A DNA stretch of 63,894 bases, filler included, from Saprolegnia diclina VS20 (taxonomy: Eukaryota): assembly GCF_000281045.1 (NCBI RefSeq). It is 8 parts of 4 records of this genome, joined end to end, with 100 filler letters (N's around TTAATTAATTAA, not from the genome) between each part and the next. Parts side by side here need not be neighbours in the genome. Positions count along the whole stretch, not along the records: positions 1 to 11,482 come from NW_008246169.1; 7 more parts are not named here. One strand, given 5' to 3'. Both the position numbers and the translations under genes were made by a program. Shown here piece by piece: positions 1-10,855 of this stretch. The notes below the pieces were generated by a model. That model did not search any database, had not been told where the DNA came from, and saw only the letters and a program-made list of their open reading frames with translations. The first letter of the stretch is position 1, and the number at the start of each line of letters is the position of its first letter.

Positions 1-44
1 CGTTAGATCCGTGGTCGAGAGCAATGTAACCAAGGCCACGGGTC
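1..44. repeat. 44-bp terminal direct repeat, left copy
   Basis: cgttagatccgtggtcgagagcaatgtaaccaaggccacgggtc is identical to 63851-63894. Confidence 0.97.
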
Positions 45-573
45 TCAGTCGCCGGAGCGATGCACGACATTGTGTTGGCAGTGAGCTGTCTAATGCTGGC
101 CGCGGCCAGTTCCATCAACCGCTTCATGGTGCATCGAGCTAATGACATCTCGCTCACAGCCGCGTGGCAGAAGTTTGGCTATGACCAGCAAGGGCCCCAC
201 CCAGCATTTGCCGTATGCTGCGTCGAGAAGCAAAGACGCTCACGACTGGAACCGAGTCCACGTGTCCCTCCAGACACGAGGACGATGACGACGTCCATGC
301 TTTTGCACGTCCTCGGGAATTCGTCTCTGCCATCACGTCTCGTGTAAAATGGGATAATCGCTGGGGCAAAGTACGTCCAATGTAGCGTGTGCGGTGCCAG
401 CGACGTCTGTAGAAGCTGGGAAAAGCCCATCCGCTGCCATGTCTCGTGTGGGGCAATGGGCCGTCACTGGTTTTGCGCAAAATATTCGATTGATCCCAAG
501 AAGGCCTCGCTGCTGCAGAGGCCATGTCACCTCTCTTACTTCATCACTTTTGCAATTGACACTGACCAGCAGC

Positions 574-1014
574 ATGAACAACCAACCCCTTCCGACCCTC
601 GAGTTTGTCAAGACCGGCTTCCTCTTCAAGCGTGGGGCGGGCGGCCTCTTTGGGCGCAAGAACTGGAAGCCGCGCTACTTTGAGCTCACCGACTCGACTT
701 TGCGCTACTACAGCTACCAGAAGGGCAAGAAAAAGGGCGAGGTGCGCCTTGACGGCATTGGGCGCGACGCCATTGAGGTCATGCCGGCCGACTCTAAGAA
801 GACTGGGACGTCCAAGTCGACGATCTGGCGCATTGCTGTCCAGACGCCCAAGCGTCGACTGCTTCTCGCTGCGTCGACCGAGTACGAAATGAACGAGTGG
901 ATTTACGCGCTATCGCGCGTCGTCAAGGGCGGCCTCAAGCACCGGCACTCGGACATGACCAACTACAACCCAAGCAAGCGCACGGACATTGCTGCGCGCG
1001 CCGAATCCTTCTAG
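574..1014 (+). CDS. Stand-alone PH-domain protein, array copy 1 (146 aa)
   Basis: KTGFLFKRGAGGLFGRKNWKPRYFELT...EMNEWIYAL PH signature; ATG 574 follows an Inr+FPR-like motif at 544-558. Confidence 0.9.
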   Translation: MNNQPLPTLEFVKTGFLFKRGAGGLFGRKNWKPRYFELTDSTLRYYSYQKGKKKGEVRLDGIGRDAIEVMPADSKKTGTSKSTIWRIAVQTPKRRLLLAASTEYEMNEWIYALSRVVKGGLKHRHSDMTNYNPSKRTDIAARAESF

Positions 1015-1914
1015 CTCAACTTGATATTTATGAACAACTAATGTGATGTATTCCTCTTGTGATTTCTGCTTACTGTTAGAGAACGCAACGACGGGGAACT
1101 CGGAACATAAGATCCGTAGATTCGATGCTTGGTCGGGATCATGCGAATTTTCATGCTGTCGGCGACATGGCGGAGCTCGTGGCTCAGGATTATCGCGCTG
1201 CGGACACTCGTTCTGCGTCGCTGTCCCAGTAGGTGATACTGGGCTTGCCAGCGCAGGGACCTGGCTCGGGTCATTACGCAAGTGCTCGTAAATATTCGCT
1301 TGATGGCGTTGGACCGTTGGATGGAGTTGGTGCCGATGTTGGTAGCACAGCTGCAATGGCAACAATCCAGCGCCGCGTTTGGGGACCCCCCAAAAAGGAT
1401 CGAAATCATCACTGTTTTTGTATGCTCCAAAACACGCAACATCAAGCTGCTTCAATGGGGCAATGGACTTGGCCGTTCCGAGATGCACGGCAAGCTTTCG
1501 CTGCATTGGCCTGTCTGTACATACACGTACATCAGTAGTACTTGGCAGTCGCATCGTTGGCGCCAGCGCACAATAATAAACTCAGACACCGTCATTTCAC
1601 CTGGGCAACCATCGACGCTACGCATAGCTACCTCGTTCGTGCTTGTGGGGCCAAAACACACCACGCTATCGAACCCTTGTACAGTAAAACAACCTTGTGG
1701 ATAATGTGCACGCACAAGACGACTTTGTTGGCAGCGTCCATGGTCGTTGCTCGTGTCACCGGCATTGCGGCGGTGGGGTGAAAAGTTGCGTGCCACCAGG
1801 CAAGATCATCCGGATAACGCAATTCCCATGGGTCCCCCTACGCGAGACATCCACACGGATTTTAAATTTTACGACAGCAATCCGCAGCAGCAATCACCGC
1901 CGGATCCATTCAGC

Positions 1915-1930
1915 TCACTGGTCAATTTGC
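1915..1930 (+). promoter_or_regulatory. Oomycete Inr+FPR core promoter of PH copy 2
   Basis: TCACTGGTCAATTTGC fits YCAYT-N-AWTTTNC; equivalents at 544-558, 2968-2983, 4644-4659, 5780-5795, 7136-7151. Confidence 0.7.
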
Positions 1931-1941
1931 CGCACACGAGC

Positions 1942-2424
1942 ATGTCCTTTGTCAAGTCGGGGTACCTCTTGAAGGAAGGGTCGGGCCAAGGGCTCTTCCA
2001 GAAGAAGAACTGGAAGCGCCGGTACTTTGAGCTCACGTCCAGCACGCTGCGCTACTCGGTGCTCGAACAAGATGCCAAGGCGCGAGGGCAAATCAACCTC
2101 GATGGGCTCTCGGGCAAGGCGATCGAAACGCTGGCGCCGGAGACGGGTGCTGACGCGTCGCTACCAACGTCGCAGTGGCGCTTCGTTGTAGCCACGCACG
2201 ACCGACGCCTCGTCATTGCAACGTCGAGCGAGCAAGAGATGCGCGACTGGGTCGACGCGCTCTTGCGCGTTCTACACCAAGAGCCGCGCTTCGACACGAC
2301 ACCGCGGTCACGGCCGACGCTATCACAGAACGAACTCCACAAGTACCCGTTCGCCAAGCCCGCCGCATATGGCAGCTTGCCCATCGTCAAGCTCGCGCTG
2401 ACCAAGATCGACGTCGCAGCGTAG
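1942..2424 (+). CDS. Stand-alone PH-domain protein, copy 2 (160 aa)
   Basis: MSFVKSGYLLKEGSGQGLFQKKNWKRRYFELT...EMRDWVDAL. Confidence 0.9.
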   Translation: MSFVKSGYLLKEGSGQGLFQKKNWKRRYFELTSSTLRYSVLEQDAKARGQINLDGLSGKAIETLAPETGADASLPTSQWRFVVATHDRRLVIATSSEQEMRDWVDALLRVLHQEPRFDTTPRSRPTLSQNELHKYPFAKPAAYGSLPIVKLALTKIDVAA

Positions 2425-2550
2425 CCGACGGCGGCGGTCTGCGATACGAATGACGCGTGTTGCCACTGGTAGCCAACGCGCGTCGCTCTACTAATAATTT
2501 ACTGCTTTTTGAGACTTCCTCGCAGCGTTGGCATGACGACGAAGAGTGCA

Positions 2551-2663
2551 ATATATATATGAACGTGTTTCGCGTTATCTTCATAATTGCACAGAGACTT
2601 CGCATACGTAGAGACTAGCAATCTCCTTCTTCTTCATTCGCTCGCCGGGCCGTGGCTGCGCGC
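2551..2663 (-). mobile_element. 5'-truncated RTE-like LINE 3' end with 11-bp TSD
   Basis: 2581-2657 near-identical to 22066-22142; (TA)n tail; flanked by aagagtgcaat at 2542-2552 and 2664-2674. Confidence 0.85.
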
Positions 2664-2996
2664 AAGAGTGCAATGTGAGGATATGGCTTTCAATTGTCGA
2701 CTGGCATCGCACATCGCAATGTCTATATTGCTATTGTACATAAGAACGTAGTGCAAGGTCGCTTGCATCGATCGACTTGCTTCTCACGGTCGTGCCACCG
2801 CAGTAACTCTATGGTAACCATGATAACAACGAGTACAAAGTTTGGCGCATGGGCAATCGGCGTCTTGGAAAATGTTGAGTCGGAACCCAACACGCAACGC
2901 GGTTCAGAAGACACAATTTCTCGTCGTGCGGGTGCTGGTCCCATGAATGCAGCAAAGTCGTCTTGCCCCATTTTGCACTTTGCACTTCGTCCCGAA

Positions 2997-3383
2997 ATGC
3001 TGATCCACAAAGGCGTCCTCTTCAAGCGCGGGTCGGGCCACGGCCTCTTTCAGCGCACAAATTGGAAGCCGCGGTATTTCGAGCTCACCGAGACGCATCT
3101 CTCGTACTATAACCACCAAGGCGGCGCATTGCGCGGCCACATTGATGTTGCCGCTGTCGACAGCATCGAAATGATGCCAGTCGACGCGGTCAAGACCGGG
3201 TCGTCGGCGTCGACCAACTGGCGCCTCGGCGTGTGCACACCTACACGGCGGCTACTGCTCGCCGCCAACTCGGAGGCCGACATGCGAGCGTGGGCAGATG
3301 CATTCGTACGCGCGGCGGCCGCGCTCCAGCGCCACCACGACAGAGGAAAAGACACCGATCGCTATGTACTACGCAATGCGTAA
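2997..3383 (+). CDS. Stand-alone PH-domain protein, copy 3 (128 aa)
   Basis: MLIHKGVLFKRGSGHGLFQRTNWKPRYFELT...DMRAWADAF. Confidence 0.9.
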   Translation: MLIHKGVLFKRGSGHGLFQRTNWKPRYFELTETHLSYYNHQGGALRGHIDVAAVDSIEMMPVDAVKTGSSASTNWRLGVCTPTRRLLLAANSEADMRAWADAFVRAAAALQRHHDRGKDTDRYVLRNA

Positions 3384-4673
3384 ACCAAGAACAGCTCGAT
3401 TGCCGTATGCTAATGCGAGGATGACTGCTCGTACCGGTAGCTGCATTCAGATCTGCTACGCAGAGCTCAGATGAGGCGTCATTTTGGTGCTCGGCAGTGC
3501 ACGGACGGGCGGCGACGGTGCGTCCTACTACGTTGTTGATCTTGTTCTGGTATGCGTCTGGGCGCGCATGCATCCGGAGGTCCTTTCTGAGCGCGTTGTG
3601 TGCTTGGTGCTCTCACCATCGTAATGTATCCGCAGCGCGATCCAGCGTGCAGAAGAAAGGACAGTGTATTATACAGAGGACGGAGCAGCGGCCACTGGAT
3701 CCGCACGACCACGAGGCCTGCGAGAACCAATGTCCACTACATGCAGATGCTCTTGACGCGTCCCGGTGGTTTCCTGGCAACGTATCGGGTGCGAGATTCT
3801 TGGACATCATTATAGGAGGCAGGGCAATCCTACTAGCGAATCCGACTGCAGTATAATACCAATCGAAAGAAAGGCGGACAGGCCAATGTTGAAGATAACC
3901 ACCACTGCAATCTGGACCGCCTCAGATGCAATTGTGCGATTATCCCACGCCCGCGCGCTGGCAAGGACGGGAGTGATTACTACAAGGTGTCATCGCTTGG
4001 CATGCTGCCTTCGTTGACGATCGCAAGATGCGAGTCGTCGCCGTTGGAGAGGAATCTGCTCCCATGGCGCCTTCGGATCTCGTAACCAGACGCCCAGATT
4101 CTGGTTGCCGTTCGAGATTTGGGCGTGGACGAGGAGTTTAGAGCCACACATGCACTGGATTCGCCGAATCCTAGCAAGTGGACCGGCGATCAGAGCTCGT
4201 GGCAATACTAGCCGTCCATAGGACCCGGTCCGCTGCAAAAAACCACCCACCCTTCGTTCGTCTTTGGTTTAAAACATTTGCAGACAACTCGTAACTTGTA
4301 TACGACGACGCCGACTGTGCGTCATGGACAGGCCCCGAGTGCGGCTTCTGCACGCATGCTGGCGGAGGAAGCCAGGAATCCGAGCAGTGACGCGGCGCGA
4401 CCTCGTGTTACGCGCAAATGCACTTCAACTTCTGTATGGTTATAGGGCCCTCCCCTATTTTTTCGGTACCTCATTTGGTTTCCTAGGTACCATAAAAATA
4501 GAATACCAATACCTCATTAGCGCCAATGGGTACCCCGGGGTGGGCCAACGTTTCTGCTGGCGGGACGCCACACGTGTGTTAGCGTCGTCAAAAAATTGCC
4601 GAGAGTCGGAGCCGATTTGTCGTGTGCGCTCCCGCTCCATGATCCAGTTTGCAATTTGCCAGTTCGAGTTAAT

Positions 4674-5126
4674 ATGGTAGCCACGGTCAAGACGGGCGTC
4701 CTCTTCAAGAAGGGCTCGGGCATCGGCCTCTTCAGTCGGAAGAACTGGAAGCCGCGCTACTTTGAACTCACGTCGAGCCACCTCAGCTACTACGACGAGC
4801 AGGGCGGGAAGCTCAAGGGTGCGCTGCCCCTCGCGTCGCTGGCAGCACATGACATTGAAATCATGCCCTGCGACGGCCGCAAGACGGGCAAATCGGCCTC
4901 GACCAACTGGCGCATCTGCCTCAACACCAACGGCCGCCGCTTCTTCTTCGCGGCCGCGACCGAAGACGAAATGTACGAGTGGGTCCAGGCCCTCTTGTTC
5001 GTCATTGCGACGTGCAAGACGCACAAGATGCAAACGTGTGCCAGCGGCCTCTCATCCCAGATCCACCCACTCCATGGCCGCGTCTCCCACGCCAAAACAG
5101 CTCCGATCGGAGGAGCGCTCTACTAG
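4674..5126 (+). CDS. Stand-alone PH-domain protein, copy 4 (150 aa)
   Basis: MVATVKTGVLFKKGSGIGLFSRKNWKPRYFELT...EMYEWVQAL. Confidence 0.9.
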   Translation: MVATVKTGVLFKKGSGIGLFSRKNWKPRYFELTSSHLSYYDEQGGKLKGALPLASLAAHDIEIMPCDGRKTGKSASTNWRICLNTNGRRFFFAAATEDEMYEWVQALLFVIATCKTHKMQTCASGLSSQIHPLHGRVSHAKTAPIGGALY

Positions 5127-5798
5127 AGACATCGCGCGACCTCTCTATGTCTGTGACGTCTATTTATCCTTAAGTCAACACAATCGAACGTATTTAACTC
5201 TCTACCAACCTTGTGGCGCACCGACATCGCTGCGCACGCTGTACAGCGTGCTGGGGAGCGACCTTGGTAACGACGGCACCGGTGTAGTTGGCTGCGTGTT
5301 ATTGTCGATGAGCAGTCGAGAACGGTCAATGGTACCTGGGTTCATGCCTCTTACAACCCGACACGGAGATCACGAATGAAATTCAGCTAACCTATTCTTT
5401 GCAGTCGGTTGGTGTCCTATGACGGCTACTGCCTCTCGATGCAGGAGTAGTGTGCGACAGAGCCACTCCCTACCTGGTCGTAGCAATAGCCTGCCCACTG
5501 ATCATGTAACACGCAACGACTACGACCTTGCAGCTACACCCGCCACCGTCGCCCACAACCGACAACCTAATCGTGGTTAGTCGACTGTCGGCCACGACGA
5601 GGCTGTCACGTGGGAGTATCACGGCCACTCGACCAAGTCGACGTTGCCATTCAAGCAAGTCAACGTTGCACGTCTAGATTCTCTTTGTCGAAATTTGAGT
5701 TTCAGTTAAGCGAGGATACTGGTTGTGGTCACCCCCTGTCACACGACACCGATCAACGCACGAAGAAGCAGAATTTGGATCAGTTTTGAATTTGCCCG

Positions 5799-6200
5799 AT
5801 GCCGATCAAGTCGGGCGTGCTCTTTAAACGTGGCGCCGGCGGCCTCTTCCAGCGCAAGAACTGGAAGCCGCGCTACTTTGAGCTTTCGGACCATGCGCTG
5901 CGCTACTATACGCACCAAGGCGGCGCGTGCAAAGGACAGGTGTGCCTCGACGACCTCGACTCGAGTGCGCTCGAGCTCATGCCGGTCGACCTCCCGAAGA
6001 CAGGATCCTCGGCGTCGACGGGCTGGCGCATTGCGATCCAAACACCGACGCGCCGCTTTGTCCTGGCGGCGGCCACGCACCGCGAAATGACCGAGTGGAT
6101 GGCCGCGCTCTTGACGATCTTGGCGTCGCATGCCAAACCCACCAAGGCGACTCGGAAATCGAGTTGCTTTTGCCCGCGCCCGATCGTTGCCTTGCGATGA
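5799..6200 (+). CDS. Stand-alone PH-domain protein, copy 5 (133 aa)
   Basis: MPIKSGVLFKRGAGGLFQRKNWKPRYFELS...EMTEWMAAL. Confidence 0.9.
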   Translation: MPIKSGVLFKRGAGGLFQRKNWKPRYFELSDHALRYYTHQGGACKGQVCLDDLDSSALELMPVDLPKTGSSASTGWRIAIQTPTRRFVLAAATHREMTEWMAALLTILASHAKPTKATRKSSCFCPRPIVALR

Positions 6201-7158
6201 GCGACAAATTATACCTATTTAACTATCTATCGATTTGTTAGTCGTCGATCCATTGGCGACAATTCGACGTTTCTGAGTTGAGATTTCCACATTTGTCTAC
6301 TTGCACATTGCAGATCACAGCTGTTCGAGATCGATTCATCAATTGTCGAAATTCAGTAGCAAGGGTCATCGCACGTGGTATGCTATTGCAGGTCAGGGCT
6401 AGGGCTCACGGCCGTGATGCGCTGAATAGGGTTGTTTGAGTAACGTAAAATGGCGGGACGGACGTCTGCCTCTGAAGCCTATCATAGCTTGCTGGCAACA
6501 GCTTGCCAGATCACCGAGCTTGCCACACCGAGCGATGACGTAGACCAATGGGCAGCGAGATGGCTGTGAGGGCTCGTGTCGGGCTCTTGGCGGCGGGACA
6601 TGGGCAAGCGTCTGCTCGGATCTTTGCCCCGGATGTCCTTTCTGTCGCACCGTGTCCTTGACAGTTTAAAAACACGCAACTTGCACCGACGATCATGCAA
6701 AATGGCGAGGCCTGTGGGAACCTACCGAGTCGATACGCAAATATTAGCATGGGCTTTCTCGCGATAACGCAAATATCGAGTATAACGCAATCGAGTGAGG
6801 TATCGTTCGTTGGTCTGGCTCCCTCCACCTTTACGGTGGTGGATCTGACCGACACGGTCGGTGCCTCGCACGACCACTCGACTGCCGCAACGACTATGCT
6901 TGCTTGCACAACACGCTCTACTGCACTAGCTACTCTACTAACATACGTTAGCAAGAAGATTGCTTGCAAAAATGATGCTAAAGTTGTGCAATGCGGCTTG
7001 ACAAGCGAAAATTGCGTGCAAATAGCCCACGTCGCAGGCCGGACCAAGTTTTTTTCCCCGCCCGTGTAATGTCGTTCGACGCATTTTCATTGGTCAAAAC
7101 TCGCCTGTTGTGTCCAATGGCATCTTGAGGCCATGCCATATTTGGATTTGCACAGACA

Positions 7159-8040
7159 ATGGCAGCGACCGGCCGCGTCAACAAGCACGGCGAGCCCGTG
7201 GTGAAGGCCGGCGTGCTCTTCAAGAAGGGCTCTGGCGGCGGCCTCCTCAAGCGCAAGAACTGGAAGCCGCGGTACTTTGAGCTCACGCAGAACGCGCTGC
7301 GGTACTTTACCTTCCAGGACGGCGAGGTCAAGGGCGAGATCATGCTCAAGACGTGTGGCGAAGACGTGCTCGAGATCATGCCGGCCGACTCGATGAAGAC
7401 AGGCGGGTCGGCCTCGACGATCTGGCGCATTGCGATCAACGCGCCGTCGCGCCGGCTCCTCATTGCCGCGGGCACCGAGCACGAGATGAACGACTGGGTC
7501 GACGCGCTTCTCGCAGTCTTCCACGCCAACACGACGGGCACCGACGTCTTCCAGCAGGCGCGCGGCAGCCTCGCGGCCAAGGAGCTCGACTTTGCCTCGA
7601 TGCCCCACATCAAAAAGTCGATGGCGTCACCGAGCCGGTCGAGCGGTTCGAGCGGTAGTAGCATGTTTGTGCGCCCGTCCCAGACGTACTACGTCGAGCA
7701 AGAGGTCACACGCGCGCCGCCATCGTACGTCGAAGAAGAGATCTCCCGACCCATGCCCAAGGCGTCCTCGACTCCGCCGTCGTCGCCGCCCACGTCGATG
7801 TACGTGCCGACGCCCGAGCCCATCTTGTATGCGCCCACGCACCCCGAACACATTGTCCACCACGAAGCGCCGCCCACGCCCATCATCACACCCGTGATCA
7901 CGCCCGTCACGACCGCGGCGCCGCCAGCGCCCATCATCACGCCCGTCACGACCGCGGCGCCGCCAACGCCCGTCACGACCGAAGCGCGCAAGAGCGAGAA
8001 GGGTCCGAACTTTGATCCATCGGGCGAATACGCCTTTTAG
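7159..8040 (+). CDS. PH-domain protein with Pro/Thr-rich tail, copy 6 (293 aa)
   Basis: KAGVLFKKGSGGGLLKRKNWKPRYFELT; PIITPVTTAAPP repeats at about 7879-7980. Confidence 0.9.
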   Translation: MAATGRVNKHGEPVVKAGVLFKKGSGGGLLKRKNWKPRYFELTQNALRYFTFQDGEVKGEIMLKTCGEDVLEIMPADSMKTGGSASTIWRIAINAPSRRLLIAAGTEHEMNDWVDALLAVFHANTTGTDVFQQARGSLAAKELDFASMPHIKKSMASPSRSSGSSGSSMFVRPSQTYYVEQEVTRAPPSYVEEEISRPMPKASSTPPSSPPTSMYVPTPEPILYAPTHPEHIVHHEAPPTPIITPVITPVTTAAPPAPIITPVTTAAPPTPVTTEARKSEKGPNFDPSGEYAF

Positions 8041-8107
8041 TCGAAAGCAGCCATCATAATATAGATAAACCCGCGATAGGATACTTGGATAGTATTTGCT
8101 TGGTATC

Positions 8108-9141
8108 CTATCTGATGTCGAGGGCACCGGCGAGGACGGCGGCAACGACCGCCGACGGCGGGAAGGCAACCGTGTCCCGGAGCTCGATAGACGCCAAATT
8201 GTCGTACGCAAGCGTCGTCGCGGCGCAGGTTGGCGTGAGGCAACGCTCGGACGTGGCATTGAGTGTATGAAAGGCCTTCTGCCCGTGCCTACAGCATGGA
8301 CCATGAGGACCTGACTTTTCATATAGGAATGTACCAGGGAATGGAGTCGACGAGGCGCTTGCTGCCGCGGCCGTGTGCGAACACCACGCGCAGCTGCGCA
8401 TCGAGGAGCGAGCCGAGAGACGCTGGCAGTGCGGTCCCTGATGACGGTGGTGACTCGTCGTTACAGGCCTAGACGAGCTTTGTTCGAGCGGCCATGACGA
8501 CGCTGCCACGTACCCACGGCCGCAGCGCTGCCTCCATGAGGATAAGACCTTCGAGAGGCATAAACAGCGATGTCGTTGCAAAGTTGCGGTCGACGATCGC
8601 ATGGCCGAGCGCCGCAGCAAGGCGAGCATCGTCGCTCGCGAGCCAGAGCTACAGATTGAGAGGGTGGGCTCAAGTGGTATGTATGAGTTAGTGGTGGTAT
8701 CGTACCGGCGCGTGCGTGCGCTGCGGATGCGCGACGAGCCACTGCTGCAAGAAGGCGTGCGCTTCGGTGACCGCCGACGCATTATGCAGGTGCAGCCACA
8801 GCGCAGCATGCAACGTCGACGGCGTTGCGCACGGTGTGTGGGCACCCGATGAGAGGTAGACGACGAGCGGCGCCGTCGAGGAGACGCTCGTCGGAGCAGC
8901 ATCGAGCGAGAGCAGCGGCGCGTCGGGCGACGTCGATGTCCTGGCACCATGATCATGAAGCGCATGAGGAATAGATTCCGTCGTACCAAACGAGGATGTT
9001 GGGCCCGAGGGCATCGTCGAGCATGGCCTCCTTGACCGAGCCCCAGACAAAGAGGATGACAATCAGAAGGAAGGCCGCGAGCGGCCAGCGGTCGCGCAAG
9101 GTCGGCGCCGACGACGGCAAGAGCGGCTGGCGAGCGTCCAT
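8108..9141 (-). CDS. Spliced 279-aa membrane-anchored serine carboxypeptidase S10-like protein lacking catalytic motifs
   Basis: Manual model: exons 9141-8987, 8940-8706, 8648-8514, 8468-8335, 8288-8108 (GT-AG, 840 nt in frame); N-terminal TM; PLVVYLSSG, FLQQWLVAHP, LLDAQLRVVFAHG, YDNL resemble S10 blocks. Confidence 0.65.
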
Positions 9142-9249
9142 CAAAAGTGCAACTGTCGAGCGGCACGGTATCCGGATGCGCAGAAAAGCCAGCATACCGG
9201 TACGTTGGTGATGCGATCGCCGGCGCCGACAGCTCGTTTGGAGCTCGTG

Positions 9250-9555
9250 TCGACGCCTCGTGGGGTCAAGCACTGGCCAACGGCGCACCTTCGCAGCGCT
9301 TCTTCCGATCAAGACGCAACGATTCGAGCAGTTTCAAGAGCTCGAAAACACCACCGATGACAAGGTCGAATGCCCCGTCGCCGACATCTCGCTCTTCAAC
9401 GTGGTTGGCACGGATGGCATCTCGTCACCGGCTCAAGCTGCGGACCGCGGATTTGGTCTGCCGTCTGTGGCCTTGAGCCAGTGTTGTGCTGCAGAGGTGC
9501 GCCGTTGGCATTAACCCACGGCCGTTGGCCAGTGCTTGACCCCACGAGGCGTCGA
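9250..9555. repeat. Long inverted repeat / foldback
   Basis: 9250-9284 is the perfect reverse complement of 9521-9555; further imperfect match of 9276-9297 to 9488-9509. Confidence 0.9.
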
Positions 9556-10855
9556 GAAGTGATACAAAGACCAGTCTGCGCAGGCGTTAGCACGACCTCC
9601 GCGCGCTGCAGCCGGCGCTGTGCGTCATCAATCTCCAGGGCCGGTATCGTGCCAATGAAGCATATTGCGCCAGTAAAAGCGTTGGAGATCGAATTCATGC
9701 ATGGATTCGCATGCATTTGAGCTCGACAATAGTGATGCGGTCACCTCGTTGGGCCTAGTAGATCACTGCATAAGTACTTGCATTACTTAGACGGTCGCGA
9801 CCTTGCAGTTGCTTGCACTTGATTCTTTTGGTGGGCCATTTGCCTCAGCTTTTACCCCAGCGTGGTGCTTCCGCGAAAGGACTTTCGGCTGAGTCGCACT
9901 GCTATCAACTTTGGACCCGCTGCATCGTTTGTGACTGGCACTGATAGCCAAAGGTCGATCTCAAATGCGCCGTTGCGTGCGAAAAGTTGTCCAGGCGACC
10001 CACGATGACGTGGCGCAATGAGCGGGCTACAAAACGCCAATTTAATGCATAGAAAGATGAAGATTGAATTTAAATTTGAATTGAAATGTGAGGAATGGCA
10101 TACCCCAGCCTCCGATATGTTTGCAGCCTCTTCCCTCGGTTTAATGATATTTGCTTACAAATTATGGTCTCGCGCACGGCAATCCTATGTTTATAGAGAG
10201 GCCATAAGTCAGTATCTCCAGGGAGCCAGCACGTGGTTAGACATTCGTGCAGGTGTGCTGGTACCGCGAGAGCTGGCCGCGAATTCATGATCGGCAGCTG
10301 TAGATGACCGCGCCGACGCCCGACTCAGCGCCCACAATCAAGTACCGTCATCTAGTTGCAAGTTCCCGCCTTCGGTACCTCAGTGAAGCTCGACGCCGTG
10401 GAATTCGCGTATCCAAGTACATACTAATGGCAGGTGAATGTTTTATTCCAAACATTGAAATGTCAATACAAAAAGAGAATACATGTAGCGAAATACGCTT
10501 TTAAAATACCAACTCGATATCGAGACATGGAGGTTCTATCAGGATAGAAACACCCAACCAAACCACCGCATCCCACCAAGGAACCACACCCTACCGACCC
10601 AATCTGCCGTAAGCTAGCTCCCATGTTTTGACAGGCGCATGAACTAGGCTTTACCTATCAATGAATAACTCTTGCAACCAGCGTCGCGAGCTTGCTTTGT
10701 GCAGGCAGCTCGTACCCCGTCGGCGGTGTCGGCTCCAGTGGCGTGGGTTTAGCCGCTGGCGAGATCTGCAAATATACGTTTATGGAGGTTCGACGTGGAT
10801 TCCACAAAACGCGATCTTGCACAGTTTCGGATTTCCATCGTGTAGCAACCCATCC

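Noticed and set aside
8108..9166. 352-aa unspliced ORF
   Set aside because: Arg/Ser-rich off-frame reading; only its last ~60 codons belong to the spliced S10-like gene
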